A stretch of 64,000 nucleotides of DNA from Eledone cirrhosa (lineage: Eukaryota), in contig OZ024743.1 in assembly GCA_964016885.1 (NCBI GenBank), forward strand, positions 81,468,001 to 81,532,000, in the 5' to 3' direction. The first letter of the stretch is position 1. Every line of letters begins with the position of its first letter. Below are positions 1-14,932 of the stretch, piece by piece. Position numbers and translations under genes: made by a program. The notes under the pieces were generated by a model, which did not search any database, was not told the origin of the DNA, and saw only the letters and a list, made by a program, of their open reading frames with translations.

Positions 1-590
1 CCACCACCACCAACAGACCACCACCACGACCACCACCACCACCACCAACATACCCCACCACAACCACCACCACCACCAACAGACCCCCACCACAACCCCC
101 ACCACCACCAACAAACGCCCACCACTACCACCACTAACAGACCCCCCCCCCCCCACCACCACCTACAGACCCCCACCACAACCACCACCACCACCAACAG
201 ACCGCCACCACAACCACCACCACCACCAACAGACCCCCACCACAACCACCACCACCACCACCACCAACATACCCCACCACAACCACCACCAACATACCCC
301 CACCACAACCACCACCACCACCAACAAACGCCCACCACCACCACCACTAACAGATCCCCACCACCACCACCAACAGACCCCCACCACCACCAACATACCC
401 CCACCACAACCACCATCACCTCCACCAACATACCCCCACCACCACCACCAACAGACCCCCACCACAACCAACAACAACAACAACAACACAATATCTAAAC
501 AATAACAACCACTACTGTAATAATAGCGGTAAAAGTGACAAAAACAATAATAACAACAACAATTGCAACAATGACAACCACAACAACAAC
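1..590. repeat. (CCA/CAA)n-rich low-complexity tandem repeat
   Basis: Degenerate CCACCACCA/CAACAGACCC units followed by (CAA)n; the 163..609 ORF is a repeat translation. Confidence 0.9.
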
Positions 591-634
591 AAGACTTAGA
601 GTTCTTCATTAAATCTCTATGTCCTGCTATCTGA

Positions 635-1585
635 TTTGACTGGTCTCCTGGTCTCCTGGTCTCCTGGTCTCCTGGTCTCCTGGTCTTCTGGTCTCAGCTG
701 TGACAAAGGGGACAAAATATTGACTGGTCTCCTGGTCTCCTGGTTTTCTGGTCTCAGCTGTGACAAAGGTCACCAAATATTGACTGGTCTCCTGGTCTTC
801 TGGTCTCCTGATCTTAGCTGTGACAAAGGGGACCAAATATTGACTGGTCTCCTGGCCTCGACTGTGACAAAGGTCACCAAATATTGACTGGTCTCCTGGT
901 CTCCTGGTCTCCTGATCTCGACTGTGACAAAGGGGACCAAATATTGACTGGTCTCCTGATCTCAGCTGTGACAAAGGGGACCAAATATTGACTGGTCTCC
1001 TGGTCTCGACTGTGACAAAGGGGACCAAATATTGACTGGTCTCCTGGTCTCCTGGTCTCGGCTGTGACAAAGGGGACCAAATATTGACTGGTCTCCTGGT
1101 CTCCTGATCTCAGCTGTGACAAAGGGGACCAAATATTGACTGGTCTCCTGGTCTCGACTGTGACAAAGGGGACCAAATATTGACTGGTCTCCTGGTCTCC
1201 TGGTCTCGACTGTGACAAAGGGGACCAAATATTGACTGGTCTCCTGGTCTCCTGGTCTCGACTGTGACAAAGGGGACCAAATATTGACTGGTCTCCTGGT
1301 CTCCTGGTCTCGACTGTGACAAAGGGGACCAAATATTGACTGGTCTCCTGGTCTCCTGGTCTCAGCTGTGACAAAGGGGACCAAATATTGACTGGTCTCC
1401 TGGTCTCGACTGTGACAAAGGGGACCAAATATTGACTGGTCTCCGGTCTCCTGGTCTCAGCTGTGACAAAGGGGACCAAATATTGACTGGTCTCCTGGTC
1501 TCCTGGTCTCAGCTGTGACAAAGGGGACCAAATATTGACTGGTCTCCTGGTCTCCTGGTCTTGACTGTGACAAAGGGGACCAAAC
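635..1585. repeat. Minisatellite: 26-bp core CTGTGACAAAGGGGACCAAATATTGA plus 2-4 copies of the 8-mer CTGGTCTC (units mostly 44/52/60 bp), about 18 units
   Basis: Read directly; cores start at about 698, 758, 818, 862, 922 ... 1565. Confidence 0.95.
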
Positions 1586-1944
1586 ACTGACAGACCTTCC
1601 TTTTCTCTTACCTTTAATAATATATTTTGTCTTTAGTAGATACCAGTTTCTCAATTTCCTAATAAATTTCACCATTCTCTATATTACAATTTTATGTATA
1701 TTGTTCTTCTCATTGAGTGAAGTTCATCGGGGTGGAATTGGCCGGCCGCGGGCGTGAATTCCACAAGGTGTGGAGTGGCTGTTTTAGCACGTCTACCTCA
1801 CCGTCTCCCGGGGAGATACATTCTCCATCCTGTCGGTCGTCAAAGTCGTTTCAAAGTCGATGAATAAAGTATCACTCACTAAATATTGCAAACATTCCTC
1901 CACTTATCACATCATATATAAACATATATATTTGTGCGCGTGTG

Positions 1945-2960
<1,016 letters not shown>

Positions 2961-2989
2961 TACATACTTACGTGTGCGTATACATATGT

Positions 2990-3300
2990 CCAACCTCTTT
3001 GTTTTGGTGATCTACCACAATAAATGCATGCAGTACACGTTGTAAAGTAAGTCATAGGAAGCTTGCCAGAGAAAGAAGGACTCTTCAGTTGTGTAGAAGA
3101 CATAATCTCCCTACTTCTGGTGTCAAAATGAACTGGCCTTGACTCAATATTGACTTGATATGCAAAGACCAGTCTAACCCTTGCTAGCAAGATAAAATGG
3201 TGTTCGTTACTTGTTGATATATATACAGAAGAGGCTGTGTGTTTGATGGTATACAAATTCTGCCACCGCCTCTCCACTAGTATTTTCCTTAACAAACTCG
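2990..3300 (-). mobile_element. Possible highly decayed CR1/Jockey-like LINE RT fragment
   Basis: A minus frame reads LDWSLHIKSI...VGRLCLL, resembling the L.W..HI thumb-region motif, but it contains stops. Confidence 0.3.
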
Positions 3301-3399
3301 ACTGGATAAGAAGCAGAGTTGACTACAGCGGGATTTGAACTGTGGAAGCAAGGGGTTTGAAAGTATTCGGAGGCATTGAAACCGACATCTAACGACTAT

Positions 3400-3600
3400 G
3401 GCTGGCAGGTTCCTAATTCGTTTGTGCGTTAGACAAAATGCTTCGCTGATTTTCCGGGGTTTTGGGGTTCAAATTCCATTGAAGTCGGGTTTGCTTTTCA
3501 TCCTTACCTGGTCGATAAAATATAGTACCAGTCAAGTACCGGGGTTGATATAATCGACCTGCCACTTACCTCAAATTGTTGGCCTTGAACCTAAATAAGA
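3400..3600 (+). mobile_element. Degenerate tRNA-derived Nin/Deu-domain SINE
   Basis: GGTTCAAATTCC B-box followed by ttttcatccttacctggtcgataaaatatagtaccag, matching younger copies at 21375 and 39075. Confidence 0.75.
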
Positions 3601-4014
3601 GGCCATTAAGGTACGGGAATCAATATATCTGACTATCCAAGAATGGTGGATATTTGCCAATGGAAGACATTATTATTACTTTCCTCACCAATCAACTATT
3701 TCCATTGGTTAGATTCCCTTTTAAACCCCGGTTACAAAAGCAATGACCTCAAATGTCATTGGTTAATAGTTCACTTATTGTTATATATATTTTTTCTATA
3801 TCGTTTATATATGTATTTTTTGTTTGCTATAGTCTCGCTATTCCAAGCAAAACCTTATTTTGGAAATGATCCAAATACATTTCGATTTATAGACGTTTCC
3901 GAAATTATTTCAAATGTTTGCTAAGCACTCATACCGCACCAATTATCGCTGGAACCATTCCGCAGAGTCTTCCTTTTTTATCAATGAATGAATATATATC
4001 TATATATCTATCTA

Positions 4015-4471
<457 letters not shown>

Positions 4472-4889
4472 TGTCTTTTTCAATACACTTTTGTATTTGT
4501 GTATTTACTTTTTATGCTTTGTTATTCTTCCTAGTTTTTTTTTTTCAGTTCCCTTGTGCGGTCTTCTGGGACACCTTTGTGAAGTCTATAATCACGCAGT
4601 TCTCTCCCTTCTTATTTATTCCTATATTGTCAGAATATTTGTGTTCTACTACATAATCACTTTGGATGTTGAAATCTCGCGAGATTTAACTTCTTATTCC
4701 CAATATCAGTTTTTTTAATGATTTTTTCTTCTTCTTTATCCAACTGGTAAAGTCCATTCATCTTTAAATTAACTTTTCGACCACCAATATCACTTCTTCT
4801 TCTTCTTCTTCTTCTTCTTTTAGTTTACTGTATTTTTCGCACCTCTACACCTGGCACTCAGTCATCATAGAAATTATTTCACTTTACCA

Positions 4890-5010
4890 CCACACATATA
4901 CCTATATATATATATACATACACATATACCTATATATATATACATACACATATACCTATATATATATATATATATACATATACCTATATATATATATATA
5001 CACATATACC

Positions 5011-5045
<35 letters not shown>

Positions 5046-5064
5046 CTATATATATACATATATA

Positions 5065-5119
<55 letters not shown>

Positions 5120-5178
5120 CTATATATATATATATACACATATACCTATATATATATATATATATATACATAAATACT

Positions 5179-5213
<35 letters not shown>

Positions 5214-5260
5214 CTATATATATATATATACACATATACCTATATATATACACATATACC

Positions 5261-5292
<32 letters not shown>

Positions 5293-5375
5293 CCGATATT
5301 TATATATATATATACATATATACCTATATATATATACATATATACCTATATATATATATATATATATACATATAT
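4890..5375. repeat. Minisatellite CACATATACC-(TA)n
   Basis: Repeated CATATACC anchors separated by variable TA tracts. Confidence 0.9.
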
Positions 5376-5376
5376 T

Positions 5377-6760
5377 GTTATACTTGGGGAGGGTCATATT
5401 TGTGTAATATTGCCAGAATTAATAACAGAACACACTCACTGTTTGGTTGGTTTTCGCTTTTCGCTTCTGTGTCTTTTATATCGGTAATCTGATATATTCG
5501 GTCCTCAATGTTGCCATTGACTGACCGACGGTAAAAAATAATACAGATACAATATAGACACAAACACATATATATAGTTTATCATAAATCTTTCGTTGCA
5601 CATCTGCAACATCGTCAGTGGTGCTATTGTTTCCTCCTGTTGAATTGTATGGCTACGCCAGTTTTATTCAGTCTGTCTATATATTTATTTCTTTATTTGC
5701 TTGTTTGTTTATTTTATTTTGTCTTCTTTGCGCATGCGTTTGCGTGTGTGTATAGTGTTTTGTTTGATGTGTGATGTGTGTTCGTGATTGGGTGACTAAT
5801 GTGTGTTTATGTGTTTGTTGTTATTGTGCTTGTGTATGTATTTATTTGTTTATTTATTTATTTTATTTTATTTTATTTATTTACTTATTTATACTTCTCT
5901 TAGGTCAGTGTTGTTTGTTTGGGTGTTGTTGTTATTCCATTCATTCTTTCTGTTTAGTCTTGGTCTTCTAAGTTCTATTTCACTGGCCTCTCTGATTTGC
6001 CTATCTGCTGGGTCATTTCTATGTTTAGATATTATTCTAATTTCTATGTTGTCTATCTTACCGTCATGTTGTTGTCTGGCATGTTCGTATAGTACTGATC
6101 CGTTTTTTCGTCCTTTTAGTTCCCCCCAGTGTTGGTCTATCCTTTCACCTATGCTACGAGCTGTCTCACCTATGTATGTTGTTGTCATGTTTCTGCGGGT
6201 ACCCTCTGTACATCTTATGCTATAGACTACGTTTCTAGTTTTACAGTTTATCCGGGGGTTTACCTTACATATGATACAATATCCTACTGGTACAGTGGGT
6301 TTTCTTAAAAGGGTAGGTTTTGCTGATCAGGGATTTTATGGTGGTTCCTGGCTTTTCTACCACCTTAATTTTTAAGTGGGTCTTTCTCAGGGCCTTTCTA
6401 CACTGGTTAGCTAATTTCCCTCCAGGGTTAGCGTCTACAAACATGACACTCTGGTATCTCTGGTTGTCGTACCATGAGGTGGCTTTCCCTATCTTATGTC
6501 TAGCCCTATCTAAGCTATTCCATGATTTGCTCCTGTATAATGGGCAAATTCCTTTCATGTCCAGTTCTATGAGGGTCTTATACTTCTCCATGGCTCCTTC
6601 GTATACTCTGACTCTGTCTCTTTGGTTGTAGCCAGAGAACTGCATGCGGTTGATGAAGTGTTGGATGTGTCTTTCCATTTCTGTTGGGTCGCACACGCGG
6701 GACACGTTCTTCATCACTCGTACCAAGTCTGCGATCAGAATATTAAACTTAGCACTACTG
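5377..6760 (-). mobile_element. 5'-truncated Penelope-like retrotransposon (RT thumb, Cys-rich linker, GIY-YIG endonuclease, 3' pLTR), frameshifted
   Basis: ORFs 6265..6948 (NILIADLVR...RMQFSGY...SVMFVDANPGGKL) and 5889..6188 (YIGETARSIGERIDQH...HARQQH...RQIREA...LNRKNEW); hammerhead in the 3' UTR; 3' end abuts (TA)n. Confidence 0.92.
5581..5622 (-). ncRNA. Minimal type-I hammerhead ribozyme in the PLE pLTR
   Basis: Minus strand: ACCA CTGACGA T GTTGCA-gatg-TGCAAC GAAA GATT TA TGAT; stems I and III each carry a mismatch. Confidence 0.7.
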
Positions 6761-6764
6761 GAGA

Positions 6765-8282
6765 CCACACACCACACACCACACACACCACACACCACAC
6801 ACCACACACTACACACTACACACACTACACACACTATACACACCACACACACCACACACCACACACCACACACACTACACACACCACACACCACACACAC
6901 TACACACACTACACACACTACACATACTACACACACTACACACACCACACACTACACACACTACCCACACCACACACACTACACATACTACACACACTAC
7001 ACACACTACACACTACACACTACACCACACACTACAGACACTACACACACTACACACACTACACACACTACACACACTACACGCACTACACACACTATAC
7101 ACACTATACACACTACACACACTACACACACTACACAATATACACACTAAACACACTACACACTACACACACTACACACACTACACACTACACGCTACAC
7201 ATTACACACTACACACACTACACACACTAGACACACTAGACACACTACACACATTACACACTACACATTAAACACACTACACATTACACACACTACACAC
7301 ACTACACACCACACACTACACACACTACACACACTACACACCACACACTACACACAACACACTACACACTACACGCTACACACACTACACACACTACACA
7401 CACTACACACACGACACACACGACACACACAACACACACTACACACTACACACTACACACCACACACACCACACACTACACACACTACACACCACACACT
7501 ACACACTACACCCTACACACCCTACACACACTACACACACTACACACACTACACAATACACACACTACACACACCACATACACTACACACTACACATTAC
7601 ACACACTACACACACTACACACGCCACACACACCACACACACTACACACTACACACACCATAGACAACACACACTACACACTACACACACCACACACTAC
7701 ACACACTACACACACTACACACCACACACTACACACTACACCCTACACATACTACACACTCCACACACACTACACACACTACACACCACACACTACACAC
7801 TACACCCTACACATACTACACACTCCACACACACTACACACACTACACACACTACACACCACACACTACACACCACACACTACACACACTACACACACTA
7901 CACACCACACACACCACACACTACACACTACACACTACACACACTGCACACACTAAACACTATACACACCACACACACTACACACACTACACACACCACA
8001 CACTACACACACCACACACTACACACACCACGCACTACATGCACTACACACACTACACACTACACATACTTCACACTACACACACTACACACACTACACA
8101 CACTACACACACTACATACTACACACTACACACTACACACTACTCACACTACACACACTACACACACTACACACACTACACCACACACTACACACACTAC
8201 ACCACACACTACACACACCACACACACCACACACACTACACACACAATACACGCTAAACACACTACACACACTACACTATAC
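6765..8282. repeat. About 1.5-kb compound minisatellite (CACACTA/CACACACTA/CACACCA)n
   Basis: Directly visible; fused to the 5' truncation point of the PLE. Confidence 0.95.
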
Positions 8283-8376
8283 ATCTCTATTTTTTCAAGT
8301 TTTAAATAATTATTTTATTGAAAATGTCTTCTCATTCTGTGCTCAGCTCAAGGTTTCAGTGTCGAATCTGAGGCTG

Positions 8377-8462
8377 CCATTTCTTCACCATTTCTTCACC
8401 ATTTCTTCACCTTTTCTTCACCATTTCTTCACCATTTCTTCACCATTTCTTCACCATTTCTC
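8377..8462. repeat. 11-bp tandem repeat CCATTTCTTCA (about 8 copies)
   Basis: Directly visible. Confidence 0.9.
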
Positions 8463-8609
8463 ATGGTTCTTCTCTATTGTCTACAAACCACACCCATATC
8501 TCATTTCAATCGACTTCATATTCTTTGCATCAATTATTCTCTATTCTGTTTTCTTTTCAGCCATTTCTTATATTCAATTCTTTCTTGTTTTTTTCCCCTA
8601 CATAACTTG

Positions 8610-8700
<91 letters not shown>

Positions 8701-9552
8701 CTCTATCTATCTAACTATCTCTCTATCTCTCTATCTATCACCCCTCCTCTCTCTCTCTTTCTCTCTCTCCCTCTCTTCTTTCGTCTTTCCTCTTTCCTTT
8801 GTTCCGTTTCAACATCAATGCTCTGTGATTCTATTCTATTGCCTATTTCAATAATCTACCCTGAGCCGCTCTTGTTCGTTTCACTACTTCTTCTTCTATA
8901 CAGCAGTCGATATCATTCTGGTCTGCTTTGATAAACTCCTTTCTCTTACTTTTTACGGTTAGCAGCTAATCAGACATCGCTGCTCTCAAAATTGTCGTAC
9001 GACAAAGTTGAGCAGACGATCAATGTATCACTGTCGCTTTTCCTAAAGAAAAGCTCTACAACATAGCCGACAGTACTCTAATTATTCACTATTTTATTTC
9101 TTCTTCTTCTACTGTCGTCTGCAGCTTTTTTCTTCTTCTTTATCTTTTTATTTTCCTTTTCTTCTCTTACCTTCTTCCCTTTTATCTTTTCCTGTCTTCC
9201 TACCACTTCTCCACTCCCCTCCTCATACTCATGTCCAACCTCCTTAGTCAGATTCCTATTTCCACTTCAGCAGTGTGATATCACAGGTGCTGAATCTTCC
9301 TCAGTTACCTTACATATCTATTGATTTTACAAATCATAAACGTAAGTTAAGTCTTCTCACTCCAAAATTTGTTATTCACAAAATATATTTATATATTTTT
9401 TTTACTTCTTTTTACATCGATATCCATAATTTTAGACTATTTTCATACACTTCCCCCACACGATATTTAATCATTTCTACATAAAGTTAGGTACATATAT
9501 TCCGGCTCGTGTATTCCAGTACTGTCCTTTCACCATTCCGTGAGCGACAAAA

Positions 9553-9623
<71 letters not shown>

Positions 9624-9664
9624 GGAAAACGAAGAATCAGTGATGCATCGGAACACAATTTATT

Positions 9665-9757
9665 ACGTATTACAATTGTTTCTCCGACGAACAGCTCGTT
9701 CTGCGATCTGTTTGTGGATCGAACCTGACTCTGGATTCGCAAGTTCCTCAGATACGT
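9665..9757 (-). ncRNA. Minimal type-I hammerhead ribozyme with enlarged stem II
   Basis: Minus strand: ACGTAT CTGAGGA [long stem II] GAAA C-AATT-G TA ATACGT. Perfect 6-bp stem I, 1-bp stem III with a palindromic loop, and a 3' tail running into (TA)n at about 9620. Confidence 0.82.
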
Positions 9758-10112
9758 CTAGTCATTTCGAAGCAAATTCTCTTCCTGCTGGACTCCGACC
9801 CTTCGAATTTCTATCATCTGCCATCATCCTGTTTGCGCGGCGGTTTGATTGGTTGATAGTTGATTGGTTGATATATATATATGGAGAGAGATAGAGATAG
9901 GGAGAGAGAGAGAGAGACAGACAGAGAGGGAGAAAGAATGTATGTGTGTATGTGTGTGTGTGAGAGAGAGTGAGAGAGAAATATATTAGGTGATTCAGTA
10001 GAATTGTGGTTTGGCGAGGAAAGTACCAATATTACACTTTATGATACAGAAGAATGTGTAGATTAAGAACAAAGAAAACGAGTTTTCACATTGGGGTAAT
10101 TATTGATTAAAC

Positions 10113-10200
10113 TCAGTTACGAACGTTTCACAGATGGCTAGCTTGGGATCCCTAATTGTGTTATAGACCCGACTCTAGCCCCTATTTGCTCATCAGACTC
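10113..10200 (-). ncRNA. Type-I hammerhead ribozyme in a fold-back cassette (10103-10350)
   Basis: Minus strand: AGT CTGATGA GCAAATAGGGGCTAG...CTAGCCATCTGT GAAA CG-TT-CG TA ACT; a partial inverted copy lies at 10265-10340. Confidence 0.72.
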
Positions 10201-10446
10201 GTTAATTAAACCAAACCAGACTTTTAAAAGATGACCTTCTGGTTTTGCTTGATTAACAAATACCATGAGCAGATTGGGCCTGGAGTCATTATTAAGGATC
10301 TTGAGCCTACCATCTGTGAAACGTTCGTAACTGAGCCTATTCATTAAACAACACGATGTGAAACTACTTTGAATTATTCTCTCTCTCTCTCTCACTCTCT
10401 CTCACTCTCTCTCTCACTCTCTCCCTATCTCTCACTCTCTCTCCCC

Positions 10447-10815
<369 letters not shown>

Positions 10816-10822
10816 TATATAG

Positions 10823-11040
10823 GGAAGGCGCGTGGTTTAGTGGGTGGAGTATGATGAAGAGGAACGACATAGTAGTAAGAGTTTTCGGCTCATGATCGTA
10901 TATCTGTGAATTCGGCTCCTGATAACAAAAAGGTTTCCTTGAACAAGACACTTTATTTCATCTTGCTCCAGTACACACAGCTATAATAAGTGTGTTGTAT
11001 CTGTAATTCAAAGAACTATCCTTGTTGCACACCATAACAA
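10823..11040 (+). mobile_element. tRNA-derived SINE with CORE-like domain
   Basis: GAAGGCGCGTGGTTTAGTGG A-box head; ccttgaacaagacactttatttca motif shared with 17608 and 34835. Confidence 0.7.
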
Positions 11041-11379
11041 CAGGTTTTAATTTCTCCGTTGAAAAATAGTCATTTCATGATGTTATAATAAATGCATAGA
11101 GTATAATGGAAGCGCACAGAATATTATATAGAATTGGTTAATGTGGTGCCAGTTGATCCTGTTTTGTTTATTAACCAAACCAGAGAATAACTAACACATC
11201 TAGCCTATATTAAGAAAAGCACTTTCAACGTATAAATAATGTAAATTCTTGATGACTATTATGATATGCAATAAAAAAAACTATGCACGAACCTCAAACG
11301 AAATACATGAACAGTGAACACCATAAAATAAGCATTAATAGTATTTACTATTTAATTAAATGACCATTATCTTTTCCAG

Positions 11380-11720
11380 TCAAAGTGAGGTAAACTTTGT
11401 CTTGATTTCTGTAAATTTAATATGAATTTGTGCCTATTTTCGTGCCTATTCTGACTTCAGAAGCTTTTGACATTAAATTGAGAGCATGCTCGACTCCTTG
11501 GCTATGACAGTGAAACGTTATTGCTCTAAATGGTCCTGAACGAGCTTTAAGAAGATCAACATTTGTAAAGTTCCGTAAAACTGGAGGCGATGTTATAACT
11601 TTATTTTCCCAGTTAATCAAGTCAACATAATCCTGTGCTTCAAAATTAATTTTGCTTGGTAGTTTGAAATTTCCTAATTCTTCACGGGTCATTCGGGGAA
11701 AAGTTCTTGTTTTAATAATT
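11380..11720 (-). mobile_element. DNA transposase C-terminal fragment (hAT-like), decayed
   Basis: ORF 11417..11692 reads INFEAQDYVDLINW...SPPVL...FHCHSQGVEHALNLMSKAS, matching the recurrent FPCHxQxVERxVKLxxEAS motif of hAT-related transposases. The superfamily call is tentative. Confidence 0.6.
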
Positions 11721-12255
11721 CGCTGAAAAGTTGTAATTTCACCATCTTAGAGGGGTACCTACCTATCAATTGTCTTATATCTCAATGTTTTTGCTATCTT
11801 TACTAAACAGATGTTTTAAACAAGGTTTCTACAGTGAAATATGATCAAATGTTTCATATCCATAAGCAATTTAATATATGTGTTAGAGATTATAAAACCA
11901 ATATAGAAAATTAGGGTATTTAATTGTGTGTGGGAGGGGGTATGCGAGGAGCACGGAGGGGGGGGGGGGGGGGGGGGGGGGTCACATAACCCTAATTTTC
12001 ATATATTTTATTTAAATTACTATTTGAAACTCTGTGCATACCATGGAATTAAGATTCCTTTAAAATGGTTGTGTTTCGACCCCCACCCCCAATATATATA
12101 TATTTCATACAGAAAGAACCTTACATATATTGTATTCACATGTATATATAAAAGGTCATACATATGTGTGTGCACTTGTTCGTGCCTATATGAATGAGGT
12201 ATATATGTGTATGTGTGTATGAATGTGTGTATATGTTTACTATGTGTATCCATGG

Positions 12256-12478
12256 AAGGGCGGTCGACTGGATGTATCGGTAGAGTGTCGGACAACATGC
12301 TTTAGGCATAAGTTTACGCATCTTTATGATCTAAGTTCAAATCCTGCCGAGGTTAGCTCTGCCTTTCATCCTTGCGTGGTCGATAAAATAAAGTACCAGT
12401 AATGTACTGGAGTCGATTTAATCGACTTTCCTCTTCTCCCAAATTGCTGATGTGCCAAATGTACAAACAATTATTAAT
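12256..12478 (+). mobile_element. Nin/Deu-domain tRNA SINE
   Basis: GTTCAAATCC B-box followed by gccgaggttagctctgcctttcatcc...gtcgataaaataaagtaccagt. Confidence 0.85.
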
Positions 12479-12609
12479 ATGTTTAAGTACCTACTAGTGT
12501 TTTAGTGACTGAGTGATACAGTCGATTAAATTTAACAAGAAAAAGATGGAAGGATCCGATCCACAGATTTGACCAAGGAAACAATATTTCATCAACTGAT
12601 ATTACAGGT

Positions 12610-12748
12610 CACAACGTCTGACTGGAGAAATAACGAGAAATAAAGTATTTCGATTAAGAACTCAACATATCACCTGCTGCAAGAATTCCATCAAATTTCC
12701 TTTGATCGTGTCATCAACATCCTAACCACTAGGCTACGGGCTTTCACA
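12610..12748 (-). mobile_element. CORE-like SINE, decayed
   Basis: ctaaccactaggctacgggctttca is the reverse complement of the SINE head; gaaataaagt motif present. Confidence 0.55.
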
Positions 12749-13654
12749 TAATGTTTATTTAACAATAAAGAGAAAACTGCGTGAAATGGGAATTCTATGG
12801 CTAAACCTTTTTCACGGCATGCAAAGTTTTCGTTGGGTTCATCACAAACGGATAGTCTAACCTTTGATCTCGATTATGAATAATTTGTTAAATAGGCTGA
12901 TTGAATTACTTATGTTTATTGAACCAGTTCAATAACATGATACTGACGCCCCCCCCCCCCTTCTGTCATCTCTCCCTCCATCCCATCACTTCAGTTATTT
13001 TATTGACCTTTCGCTACACTTTACAGTAGCTTCCATTTCACACACTGAAGGTAGGGAACAGGCAGAGTTATTGGAGCATCAGACCGAATGTTCTGCAGTA
13101 TTAGTTCCGGCACTCATCGCACTGAGATCAAATCACAGCGAGGACAATTTTACCTTTCATTGAAAAATAAGAATCAATTCATTACGGGAGAGGCCAGGCC
13201 CCCCCCCCTCTCTCTCTCACTGTGTAAAAAATTAATGGTGCTCCAACTAGGAGAGGAATATACTCTACTAGTTAAAATGCCCCTAAAATATATCGTGTGT
13301 TACGATAGTGTCCCTAGGACACCACTAGCAGTTAAAGGCCCACTTACTCACACTATTTCACAAACAGATATCCGCTTTCTTGACGTCTGGAAGGAAAATG
13401 CTGAAGAAGATGTGGAAAACTTAGTAAGAAAACAATGTTACTTCTTTCGCCGAGACTATCCTTCGTCATCACGACAACAAAATTTCGCTAAAAGAAAATA
13501 TAGAAAAAACAAAATGGTAGGAAGGAAATTTCGACTGAAATAAAAAGTTAAAATGATGGAAATGCTGAAAGGGCTGAAATATGAAACCGAAAAAATGCAG
13601 GAAGGTAAAAGGGAAGAAAACTGAAGAAAAAAAAAGACCCTGCAAATATGGTTG

Positions 13655-13900
13655 TAATAATAATAATAATAATAATGATGATGATGATGATGATAGTGAC
13701 AATGATGACCACGACGATGATGACGATGACGACTACGGGGATTATGATGGTGATAATGATGATATTCATGATGTTGATGATGATGATGATGATGATGGTA
13801 ATGATACAGACGCTGTTGATGATGATGATGATGATGACGACGACGATAATAACGACGACAATAACGACGATGATAACGACAATGATAATTATGATGAAGC
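13655..13900. repeat. (AAT)n/(GAT)n/(GAC)n trinucleotide repeats
   Basis: Directly visible; the poly-Asp ORF is probably an artefact. Confidence 0.9.
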
Positions 13901-14287
13901 AGAAAAGTGTTCGTATTTTGGAATTGTGTTAAAATACCAACAAAGGACTGTATGATTGTGTTGGAGTATTTGTTATTGTGTTAAGACAATGTAAGCAATT
14001 AGAGTTGATTTAATTCAATTTAACTGCACAATACCTTCCTTTGTAGCTTCTCATTTTATTTCTTTTACTTTCACCGTGAAAATATCATCACTGGAGAGGG
14101 AAAATGACAAGACATTGACATATATATCTATATAGACACATAGTTATATCGACATATGGACACATATGTATCGACAGAGAGGTACACGTACATACACTTG
14201 AATATGTGCACGTGTTATATACACATATATAAACACACATATACACTCATGTATATATATATACATATATACATACATATATATATA

Positions 14288-14420
<133 letters not shown>

Positions 14421-14431
14421 GTGTGTATATT

Positions 14432-14468
<37 letters not shown>

Positions 14469-14756
14469 GCGAAATAAAACACGGCAGTCACACAGATACA
14501 CACATTTCGCGAAGAAAGAGACACTGAAATAATAAAATTTAAATGAAAAAAATAAAATAAAATAAGAAATAAAAAGTAAAAAAAAGAGACAAAAGTAAAA
14601 ACAAATGTGAAGAAAATTTTTGAAAAGCTTTTCAACAATAGATATACGATGGATGTTCAATCACTATTGAGGATTGAACGAATTTCTTGACTGGAGGCTG
14701 CCATGATGAATACCACGTAACGAAATTATTTAGTCTTACTTCTACTGTGAACGGCT

Positions 14757-14846
14757 ATATTATTATTATTATTAATGTTATTATTATTATTATTATTATT
14801 GTTATTGTTGTTATTATTATTATTATTATTATTACTATTATTATTA

Positions 14847-14916
<70 letters not shown>

Positions 14917-14932
14917 CTTTATTATTATTATA
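14757..14932. repeat. (ATT)n microsatellite
   Basis: Directly visible. Confidence 0.95.

Noticed and set aside
635-1585. CRISPR-like array or repeat protein
   Set aside because: The spacers are copies of one 8-mer rather than unique sequences, there are no cas genes, and the context is eukaryotic.
13368-13423. 56-nt plus-strand exon candidate (cag...gtaag) overlapping a CTGAAGA...GAAA motif
   Set aside because: The pyrimidine tract is weak, the peptide is unrecognisable, and the hammerhead stems do not pair.
13581-13955. Acidic poly-Asp protein
   Set aside because: This is a (GAT)n microsatellite with no splice or domain support.
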